A stretch of DNA of 64,000 nucleotides. Origin: an uncultured Bacilli bacterium (GTDB taxonomy: Bacteria; Bacillota_I; Bacilli_A; RF39; UBA660). The stretch spans positions 32,001-96,000 of the forward strand of contig CANQQV010000004.1 in NCBI GenBank assembly GCA_947626095.1, in the 5' to 3' direction. Position numbers and translations under genes: made by a program. Each line of letters starts with the position of its first letter. The stretch's first letter is position 1. The notes below the pieces were generated by a model. It did not search any database. It was given only the letters and a program-made list of their open reading frames with translations, and was not told the DNA's origin. Shown piece by piece: positions 1-7,842 of the stretch.

Positions 1-258
1 TTCATATTCATGTACCATAACAAATATTCTTTTAGGTACACCAATTTGAATATAAGATAAACCCCAACCAGCACGTAAATCATATTTTTCTCTAGTTTCT
101 TCTATTTGTGACATTTCCAAATAATCCATCATATCATTAATATCTTTTAATTCTTCTTTAGTTAAAGGAAAAGTAACTTCTTTACTTTTCTTTCTTAAAG
201 TTTTATCTTTTTCATCTAATATTTTAATATCAGGTAAATTATTAGGTAATTTACTCAT
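1..258 (-). CDS. def: Peptide deformylase, N-terminal part (runs off window start)
   Basis: Hand translation MSKLPNNLPDIKILDEKDKTLRKKSKEVTFPL...YLEMSQ...KYDLRAGWGLSYIQIGVPKRIF matches Firmicutes type-2 PDF (LR...V.FPL, GxGLxxxQIG..KR); GGTGA RBS; not in ORF track. Confidence 0.85.
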   Translation of the reverse strand, partial: MSKLPNNLPDIKILDEKDKTLRKKSKEVTFPLTKEELKDINDMMDYLEMSQIEETREKYDLRAGWGLSYIQIGVPKRIFVMVHEYE

Positions 259-311
259 ATACATCACCAACGCTATACATTTTACCAAAAAAAACATAAA
301 AAGACAAATTT

Positions 312-335
312 AAAAAGGATTTTAAAATCCTTTTT
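312..335. terminator. Intrinsic terminator after yjcZ-like gene
   Basis: AAAAAGGATTTT/AAAATCCTTTTT inverted repeat with A/T tracts. Confidence 0.7.
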
Positions 336-507
336 AGTTATTATTATTCCAATTCCATCCAGCTCCAATAATTATGACTAAAAGAATAAATAAAACAATC
401 CATATAGCAGCGCCAATACCATTACCTTGAGTATAACCAACATATCCACCGCAACTAGGAGCTGCACTGTAGTTACCATAGTAACCATTATTTCCATAAT
501 AATACAT
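334..507 (-). CDS. YjcZ-family small sporulation membrane protein (57 aa)
   Basis: AGGAGG RBS; MYYYGNNGYYGNYSAAPSCGGYVGYTQGNGIGAAIWIVLFILLVIIIGAGWNWNNNN; Gly/Tyr-rich N-terminus plus VLFILLxIIG signature; missed by ORF track. Confidence 0.85.
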   Translation of the reverse strand: MYYYGNNGYYGNYSAAPSCGGYVGYTQGNGIGAAIWIVLFILLVIIIGAGWNWNNNN

Positions 508-640
508 ACAATAACCTCCTTTATGTATCTAATATAGTTTATTAATTTATGTATAATTTTGACAACAAAAATACTTAAATTTTTCAATTAACTTTTGCTC
601 TCTATGTATTATATGTTAAAATTAGAATAGGAGTGAAGGT

Positions 641-1798
641 ATGAAAAAGATATTAGCTAATATAAATTATCCATTACTTATCTTAATGATTATTTATTCT
701 GCCTTTGGCTTATTAATGATTTTTTCAGCATCATCTGTTGCTGCCGTTTTAAGATACGATTATTCAACTAATCATTTCTTTGTAAGACAACTTATCTGGA
801 CTATTTTTGGTTATGCTGCTGGTTTAGTTGTTTTGATTATTCCGACTAAATACTATCGCTTTATTAGTAAAATAGCTATGTATGGTACCATTGCTTTATT
901 AGCTTTAATCTTTGTTGCTGGTAAAGTTGCCGGTGGTGCGCAAAGCTGGTATGATTTAGGTAAATTTAATTTTCAACCTGTTGAATTTGCTAAAATAGTT
1001 TTAATTGTCTATCTAGCTGTTTATTTTCATAAAATCGCATCACGTAACAAAACCTGTTTAATGGATTTTTTATATCCCTTAATCTTAGCTGTTATTGTTT
1101 TCGTCTTAGTTGCTTTACAACCTGACTTTGGTGGTGCCTTTATTATCTTTTTAATTACAGCTTTAATCTTTTTTTCTATTCCTTTTGGTAAAAAACAAAA
1201 AAAGCTGATTATTAAAATAGGTGTCGTTGGCGTTGTTATTGTCTTAATATCTTTAATGGCTTTAGGCAAAAACATTTTTCAATCATATCAAGTAAGTCGT
1301 ATTCTTAACTTCACTAATCCATGTCAAAGATATTCTGATGATTCCGGTTATCAAGTATGTAATGGTTATATAGCTATTCATAACGGTGGCCTTTGGGGCG
1401 TTGGCTTAGGTAATTCAACACAAAAATTCCTATATTTACCTGAAGCTCATACTGACTTTATCTTTCCCATAATCTGCGAAGAATTAGGCTTAGTCGCTGG
1501 TATAATCGTTGTTATTGGTTATTTTATTATGTTATTTATCTTACTAAATATTGCTAAAGAAACCGGTACAATACGTGATAGTATTTTAGTATATGGCATC
1601 TTTGTCTACTTACTAGCTCATATCTTAATTAATCTATTAGGTGTCCTAGGTCTTATCCCATTAACAGGTGTACCATTACCATTCTTAAGTTATGGTGGTT
1701 CATACAATTTATCTTTAATCGTCGCCTTATTTATTGTTCAAAGAGTTAACTACGAAAATAAAGATTATAAAATAAAAAACAAAATAAGAGCTATGTAA
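641..1798 (+). CDS. ftsW: SEDS family peptidoglycan polymerase FtsW/RodA
   Basis: Polytopic membrane protein with FQPVEFAK, QPDFG, LPEAHTDFIF, GVPLPFLSYGGS motifs. Confidence 0.9.
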   Translation: MKKILANINYPLLILMIIYSAFGLLMIFSASSVAAVLRYDYSTNHFFVRQLIWTIFGYAAGLVVLIIPTKYYRFISKIAMYGTIALLALIFVAGKVAGGAQSWYDLGKFNFQPVEFAKIVLIVYLAVYFHKIASRNKTCLMDFLYPLILAVIVFVLVALQPDFGGAFIIFLITALIFFSIPFGKKQKKLIIKIGVVGVVIVLISLMALGKNIFQSYQVSRILNFTNPCQRYSDDSGYQVCNGYIAIHNGGLWGVGLGNSTQKFLYLPEAHTDFIFPIICEELGLVAGIIVVIGYFIMLFILLNIAKETGTIRDSILVYGIFVYLLAHILINLLGVLGLIPLTGVPLPFLSYGGSYNLSLIVALFIVQRVNYENKDYKIKNKIRAM

Positions 1799-1840
1799 AA
1801 AGTATCTATAAACGATACTTTTTTTATTTTTTTTAAAATA

Positions 1841-1878
1841 AAAAAAGGAAATAGGGGTAGTAATCGCGAATAATTAAA
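1841..1878 (+). promoter_or_regulatory. Putative alternative-sigma (SigH/ComX-type) competence promoter, copy 1
   Basis: AAAAAAGGAAAT-N10-ATCGCGAATAATTAAA upstream of comEA; same boxes and spacing at 54618-54655; AGGA/GAAT resembles SigH, CGAATA resembles the cin-box. Confidence 0.75.
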
Positions 1879-1896
1879 ATAGAAGGAGGAAAATAC

Positions 1897-2646
1897 ATGA
1901 AAGATTTTTTAAAAGAACATATCGAAGAAATATTAATGGCAATAATCATTCTTTTAACTATTATTATAATTGTTATTATTGTCTTTGATATTAAACTTCC
2001 TAAAAAGGAAGAGGAGGTGAAAGAAAACAATAATGTTGCTTTAGTATCTAAAAAAGAAACTGAAGAACCAGAATCTGAAGAGACAGTTACTATAACTGAA
2101 GAACTAAAATATTATGTTGATATAAAAGGTGCTGTTAAAAAACCAGGAGTTTATGAAGTAGAGAAGGGAATGATTATCAATGATGTCATAAAACTAGCTG
2201 GTGGCTTAAAAAGCAACGCTTCAACTAAATATCTTAACTTAAGTAAACATGTAACTAACGAAATGGTCATTAACATTTTTACAACTACCGAAATCAAAGA
2301 ATTAGATGTCAAAGAAGAAACTGTTTGTTCATCATCAACAGCTGATATTAAAGATTGTGCTTCATCAACTATTGTTGAATCAAATGAACTACCAACTACA
2401 TCTTCACCATCTGATTCATCATCAGAAACGCCAAAAACCGAAACTCCAACTAATACTAAGATTAACATTAATACTGCTAGTTTAAACGAATTAATGAATA
2501 TATCTGGTATTGGTGAATCTAAAGCTCAAGCTATCATTGAGTATCGTAATACTAATGGTTTATTTAAAAGTATTGAAGATATAAAAAATGTTTCTGGTAT
2601 CGGAGACGCCCTATACGAAAAGATTAAAAATAGTATTACAATCTAA
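1897..2646 (+). CDS. comEA: Competence DNA receptor ComEA
   Basis: N-terminal TM, SLBB domain (YVDIKGAVKKPGVY), C-terminal HhH (KININTAS..EL..ISGIGESKA..II.YR). Confidence 0.95.
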   Translation: MKDFLKEHIEEILMAIIILLTIIIIVIIVFDIKLPKKEEEVKENNNVALVSKKETEEPESEETVTITEELKYYVDIKGAVKKPGVYEVEKGMIINDVIKLAGGLKSNASTKYLNLSKHVTNEMVINIFTTTEIKELDVKEETVCSSSTADIKDCASSTIVESNELPTTSSPSDSSSETPKTETPTNTKININTASLNELMNISGIGESKAQAIIEYRNTNGLFKSIEDIKNVSGIGDALYEKIKNSITI

Positions 2647-4681
2647 TATTTTTTATATCTTATGCTTTATTATCATTGCTATTTGGTGTCTTACTAATTA
2701 CACTGTTTTACAAAAAGATTCCATCTATAATCAAGATAATACTCAATTTACAATGACTATTACTGATTATAACTTTGATGGTAATAAACTATCATTAGAT
2801 CTAAAAGGTCAAGAAAACTTAGTCGGAACTTATTACATATCTACTAAAGAAGAACTTAATAATTTACAAGAGCAAATAAAATATGGCGTCGAAGTCGAGT
2901 TAGAAGGCGAGTTAAAAAAGCCGCTTAATAATACTATTCCTTATGCCTTCAACTATCAAAAGTATTTACTTAATAAAGACATTCATTATACTTTATCTAT
3001 CTCTAAAATTACTATTAAAAAGGAAGCAAATTTCTTTTACCAAATAAAAAATTGGGTTAATCAAAGAATTACTAAAATAGATTCATCAGGATATATGAAA
3101 GCTTTTATTCTTGGCGATAAAAACTTAATTTTAGATGATACATATTCTAATTATCAAAAGATTGGTATTACGCATTTATTCGCTTTATCTGGTATGCATA
3201 TTGGTTTATTTAGTGCTATTCTTTTAAGCCTTTTTAAAAAGTTTAAAGATCAAATAAAGTATCCTATCGTTATCATTATTTTAATTAGTTATGGTTTCTT
3301 AGTCGGTTATCCATCATCAATATTACGTTGTCTTACTTTTTTTACTTTAAATACGCTTAACAAACTATTTAATTTAAAAATAAGTTCAATCAAAGTTTTA
3401 TTCTTAACTATCTTTGTCATTCTACTAGGTAATTATCACTTACTTACTGATGTTGGTTTTATCTATTCCATAAGTAGTGTCGGAGGTTTACTTCTAAGTA
3501 CCGAATTTATTAAAAGTGATAGTAAATTATTACAAGCTTTAAAACTAAGTATTATTGCTTTTTTCTTTACTTTACCAATCTCCCTAAGTAACTTCTATGA
3601 AGTAAATATTTTTTCAATTATATATAATATCTTCTATATTCCTTATGTTAGTATGATTGTTTATCCTTTAGCTTTAATTAGTTTTATTTGTCCCTTTATC
3701 ATTCATATATTTAATTTATCTATAACTTTACTTGAATGGAGTAGTAGTATCTTAAATAATATTACTCTAGGTAACTTATATTTATCTTTTAATCAAATTG
3801 AAATAATTATTTATTATACTATTTTGTTACTGGCAATTATTAAAAAGAAATATATCTTATTTAGTTTATTATTTATTCTAATTATTATTGATCTTCAACT
3901 TCCATATTTTGATTCTAAAGCTTATATATACTTTTTAGATATTGGTCAAGGTGATTCATCACTTATTATTAGTCCATACCATAAAGATGTTATTATGATT
4001 GATACTGGTGGTATTGTAAGTTATAGTAAAGAAGAGTGGATGAAACGGGAAAGTGAATATATGGTTAGTGACAATGTTATTACTTTATTAAAAGCCTTAG
4101 GTATTAAAAAAATAAATCTTCTAGTTTTATCCCACGGGGACGCTGATCATGCTAAAGAAGTAACTAATATTTTAGAAGAAATAAATATCGCTTGTGTCAA
4201 AATAAATAATGGTGATTTAAGTAATTATGAAAAGATAGCTGTAGATAATATTAAAGAATGTAACTATCAACCTCATAATCTAGATTTAAGTTATTTAAAT
4301 TACAAAGATTATCACGATGAAAATGGTAATAGTCTTCTAAGTTATCTGCAAATATATAATACGAAAATAATATCTTTTGGCGATGCTACTAAAGAAGCCG
4401 AAAATGATATTATCAAAAAATATGATTTAAGTAATACGGATATCATTAAGCTATCTCATCATGGAAGTAAAACAAGTAGTAGTTATGAATATCTAAAAGA
4501 AGTAAATCCTAAAATAGCTATTATTAGTAGTGGCCGTAATAATCGTTTTAACCATCCCTCACAAGAAACAATCGATAATTTAAATAAACTTCAAATTCCC
4601 TATTTAAACACTCAACAATCTGGTACTATCGAGTTTATTATAAGTAAAAATGGTTATCAAAGAAAAATTTATGCCCCTTAA
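2588..4681 (+). CDS. comEC: DNA uptake channel ComEC/Rec2
   Basis: GITHLFALSGMHI competence domain; beta-lactamase-like domain DIGQGD, SHGDADH, HHGS, FNHP; follows comEA. Confidence 0.95.
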   Translation: MFLVSETPYTKRLKIVLQSNIFYILCFIIIAIWCLTNYTVLQKDSIYNQDNTQFTMTITDYNFDGNKLSLDLKGQENLVGTYYISTKEELNNLQEQIKYGVEVELEGELKKPLNNTIPYAFNYQKYLLNKDIHYTLSISKITIKKEANFFYQIKNWVNQRITKIDSSGYMKAFILGDKNLILDDTYSNYQKIGITHLFALSGMHIGLFSAILLSLFKKFKDQIKYPIVIIILISYGFLVGYPSSILRCLTFFTLNTLNKLFNLKISSIKVLFLTIFVILLGNYHLLTDVGFIYSISSVGGLLLSTEFIKSDSKLLQALKLSIIAFFFTLPISLSNFYEVNIFSIIYNIFYIPYVSMIVYPLALISFICPFIIHIFNLSITLLEWSSSILNNITLGNLYLSFNQIEIIIYYTILLLAIIKKKYILFSLLFILIIIDLQLPYFDSKAYIYFLDIGQGDSSLIISPYHKDVIMIDTGGIVSYSKEEWMKRESEYMVSDNVITLLKALGIKKINLLVLSHGDADHAKEVTNILEEINIACVKINNGDLSNYEKIAVDNIKECNYQPHNLDLSYLNYKDYHDENGNSLLSYLQIYNTKIISFGDATKEAENDIIKKYDLSNTDIIKLSHHGSKTSSSYEYLKEVNPKIAIISSGRNNRFNHPSQETIDNLNKLQIPYLNTQQSGTIEFIISKNGYQRKIYAP

Positions 4682-4684
4682 AAA

Positions 4685-4713
4685 GTCACATAATTAAGAA
4701 TAAAGCATACAAT
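4685..4713 (+). promoter_or_regulatory. Putative SigK/SigE-type mother-cell promoter
   Basis: gtcACa...CATACAAT with AC-N16-CATA spacing, the same geometry as upstream of gerE in this window. Confidence 0.4.
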
Positions 4714-4744
4714 ATAGTAACATCAGCTGATGATTTAATAAATT

Positions 4745-4772
4745 GAAAGAAGAATTTTCTTCTTTCTTTTTT
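4745..4772 (+). terminator. Intrinsic terminator downstream of comEC
   Basis: GAAAGAAG-AATTTT-CTTCTTTC plus T run. Confidence 0.75.
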
Positions 4773-4799
4773 GTGTTATAATTAAATTGGTGAAACACT

Positions 4800-5756
4800 A
4801 TGAGTAATATCTATCTAATTAGTTCAACAAGTCTTCATTTAATAAATGAAGAAATTAATAAAATAGTCAAAGATAATCAGTATACGACTTTTGACTTAAA
4901 CAATGTCTTAATTGATGATGTCTTAGAAGAAGCTTCATATTTCTCTTTATTTGATGATATTAAATATATTGTTTGTAAAAATGCTAATGTCTTTTCTACT
5001 AGTAAAAAAACTGATAGTGAAAATACTTTTTCCAAAAAAGATACGCGTTTACTAAAATATCTTGAAGAACCAAATCCTAAGACAGTTTTAATCTTTACTG
5101 TTAATGGCAAAGTTGATAGTAAAAAGAAAATAGTTAAAACTATTAAAGATCGTTATACGCTCATTGAAATCCCCGATTTAAAACCTAAAGAAATGTTTAC
5201 TAAAATAAATACTTTACTTAAAAAAGAACAATATACCATTGATAGTGATACCCTATATTACATTATTAATAATTGTCTCAATAATTACGATTTAATTATT
5301 AATGAATTAGATAAAATAAAATTATATTATCAAGATCAAAAAGTAATAAAATACGATGATGTTATAAATATCGTTAGTAAGAACCTAGAAGATAATAACT
5401 TTAAATTTATTGAAACTGTTATGAATAAAAACATTAAAGAATCTTTTAAAATATATGATGATTTAATGCTCCAAAAAGTTGAACCAGTTATGCTAATCAT
5501 CATGTTAACGAAAGAAATTAGAAATACGTTATTAGCTAAAATGATGAAAAATTATTCTCGCAGTGAAATAATGAAGCAACTAGGTTTATCATATGACTTT
5601 CAATTAGATAAGATTCTTAATTATACTAAGTTATATTCTAAAAAAGAATTAGAAGACTATCTCCTTTTAATTAGTGATTTTGATTATAAAATTAAAAGAG
5701 GGAAGATTAGTAATAAATTAGCTCTCCAAATGATTATAATGGATATGTGCAAATAA
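4800..5756 (+). CDS. holA: DNA polymerase III delta subunit
   Basis: SLF, YLEEPNPKTVLIF, NELDKI, D.KIKRG motifs; conserved position after comEC. Confidence 0.9.
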   Translation: MSNIYLISSTSLHLINEEINKIVKDNQYTTFDLNNVLIDDVLEEASYFSLFDDIKYIVCKNANVFSTSKKTDSENTFSKKDTRLLKYLEEPNPKTVLIFTVNGKVDSKKKIVKTIKDRYTLIEIPDLKPKEMFTKINTLLKKEQYTIDSDTLYYIINNCLNNYDLIINELDKIKLYYQDQKVIKYDDVINIVSKNLEDNNFKFIETVMNKNIKESFKIYDDLMLQKVEPVMLIIMLTKEIRNTLLAKMMKNYSRSEIMKQLGLSYDFQLDKILNYTKLYSKKELEDYLLLISDFDYKIKRGKISNKLALQMIIMDMCK

Positions 5757-5767
5757 AAAGCAAGATA

Positions 5768-6730
5768 TTATCTTGCTTTTATCATTTCATAAATTTTTTC
5801 CGTATTTTTAAAATTCAATTTAGCTATTTCATTTAAAATCTCTTTACCATATTTTTTAACTAATGTCGTTCCAACTTCATCGACAATTGGTGCCGCTCCT
5901 AAAGGTATTTCTATATTAAAGCGTTCACTTAACTTTTTCATTTCTTTTAAAAAGATATAACGACTAATAATAGAAGAAGCTGCTACCGCCATACATTGAT
6001 CTTCAGCTTTTGTCATAAAAGTAATATTAGTTACTTTTTGTGGTATTCCATTTAAATGCGCATAATAACTTTGTGGACTTTCAAATTGATCGACAACAAT
6101 CTTTTCACAACTAGGTTCTTTTTGGGTCATTGAAAGTAAACATTTATTATGTAATATCGCTTTAATCTTATTCATATTTGCTTGACTACTTTGTAACTCA
6201 TTATATTCTTTATTAGTTAATATAATTGTTGTATGCGGTATTTTCTTAATTAATTCTGGGGCAATTTTAATAATCTTTTCATCAGTTACTTTCTTAGAAT
6301 CTCTAACTCCTAATTCTTGCATATAGGCAATATTATCTTTTGATACATATGAAGCTGTAACAACAAGTGGTCCAAAATAATCGCCCGTGCCAACCTCATC
6401 AGAGCCAATACTAGATACCGTAATAAAAACTTTCTTTTCTTCCTTTTTATTACTATCTTTTTCTTTACCATCAGCATCGATTATTCGCTTATTTAATATA
6501 CGTTCTTGTTCTGTCCAGTAACTAGCTTCAATATCCGCTCCAATACCTTGAAACATAACTTTTCCTGATTCATATAAAGTAGTAACACAATCGATATCTC
6601 TTACTTGAAATATTGCATATGGTGGCGTCTTCTCGCATTTCATATCTTCATAATATTTAATCATCATATCTTTAACATTGTCACTTACTTTAAAGACAAT
6701 AGTTACTTGTTTTGGTTTATCAAACTTCAT
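5768..6730 (-). CDS. rnhC: Ribonuclease HIII
   Basis: N-terminal TBP-like domain (TLYESGKVMFQG), IGSDEVGTGDYFGP, DSKK, VDQF, AVAASSIISR. Confidence 0.95.
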   Translation of the reverse strand: MKFDKPKQVTIVFKVSDNVKDMMIKYYEDMKCEKTPPYAIFQVRDIDCVTTLYESGKVMFQGIGADIEASYWTEQERILNKRIIDADGKEKDSNKKEEKKVFITVSSIGSDEVGTGDYFGPLVVTASYVSKDNIAYMQELGVRDSKKVTDEKIIKIAPELIKKIPHTTIILTNKEYNELQSSQANMNKIKAILHNKCLLSMTQKEPSCEKIVVDQFESPQSYYAHLNGIPQKVTNITFMTKAEDQCMAVAASSIISRYIFLKEMKKLSERFNIEIPLGAAPIVDEVGTTLVKKYGKEILNEIAKLNFKNTEKIYEMIKAR

Positions 6731-6815
6731 AAGGACACCTCATAGATATCTTAACATATTTTACTTTTAAATTCATTAATAATATAATATAATAAAAATA
6801 GAGAAGGTCGATAAA

Positions 6816-7544
6816 ATGTTAAGTTTAGTTTTTAATAATGTAGGTAGTGCAATCGTAAATGTCATCTTATTAGTTCTATTAGCTGCCGGTATTTATTCAG
6901 GGTATAAAAAAGGATTCTTAGAAAGTAGTGTTAGATTTATTGGTATTGATATTGCCATAATTGGTGCATACATGTTTAAAAATCCTATATCTGTTTTCTT
7001 ATATACCCATTTGCCTTTTTTTGAAATGAATGGTGTCTTTAAAGGTATATCTATTTTAAATGTTATAGTTTATGAATTAATTGCTTTTATTTTACTATTT
7101 GTTCTTATCATGCTTGTTATTAAAATAGTTTGCAAACTAACCGGCTTAGTTGATCGTTTATTATCCTTTATTTTATTATTTGGTTTACCAAATAAAATAC
7201 TAGGTGCCATCGTTGGATTTGTAGAAACAATAATTATTTTGTTCTTCGTTTCTTTTGGCGTTAAATTTGCCTGTAACTTTAATAACATCAACTTACCTGA
7301 ATCTCTAATGGATGATATCGTTAATATGCCAGTTTTAAAAAATACCTTTGGTGATACTCTAAGTTCATTAGATGAGATAACTTCTTTAGCTAAAAAATAC
7401 GAAGATCAACAAGATAAAGATGAATTTAGTCGTGAAGCTGTCGATATTCTATTAAAATATGACATTATAACTGAAGAAAATTTACAAATACTAATAGATA
7501 GTGGTAAAATAACAATTCCAAAAGAGGAGAATGCAAATGCTTAA
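6816..7544 (+). CDS. CvpA (colicin V production) family membrane protein
   Basis: GYKKGF, NKILGAIVG motifs; divergent from rnhC as in Bacilli. Confidence 0.85.
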   Translation: MLSLVFNNVGSAIVNVILLVLLAAGIYSGYKKGFLESSVRFIGIDIAIIGAYMFKNPISVFLYTHLPFFEMNGVFKGISILNVIVYELIAFILLFVLIMLVIKIVCKLTGLVDRLLSFILLFGLPNKILGAIVGFVETIIILFFVSFGVKFACNFNNINLPESLMDDIVNMPVLKNTFGDTLSSLDEITSLAKKYEDQQDKDEFSREAVDILLKYDIITEENLQILIDSGKITIPKEENANA

Positions 7545-7836
7545 AAAATTAACTGCTAAAGATAACTATGACGAGATAATTAAAGAAGGTTCATGGTTAG
7601 TTGACTTCAGTGCTTCCTGGTGTGGACCATGTCGTATGTTAGAACCAGTATTAGAAGAATTTAGTAAGGAAAATAATGTATTACAAGTTGACATTGACGA
7701 GTTCGAAGATTTAACAATGAGTTTTGGTATTATGAGTGTTCCAACGCTATTTGCTTACAAAAATGGTGAACTTATAAATAAAAGTATTGGTTTAGTTGAC
7801 ATAGATACAATAAAAAATATGTATAAAAAAAGTTAG
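7531..7836 (+). CDS. trxA: Thioredoxin
   Basis: LVDFSASWCGPC, GIMSVPT. Confidence 0.95.
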   Translation: MQMLKKLTAKDNYDEIIKEGSWLVDFSASWCGPCRMLEPVLEEFSKENNVLQVDIDEFEDLTMSFGIMSVPTLFAYKNGELINKSIGLVDIDTIKNMYKKS

Positions 7837-7842
7837 GAAATC

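Noticed and set aside
559-570. TTGACAACAAAA shared with 24905
   Set aside because: A -35 hexamer plus an A-run; expected by chance in AT-rich promoter regions.
378-587. 69-aa ORF from the track
   Set aside because: No RBS; overlaps the better-supported YjcZ-like frame (334-507).
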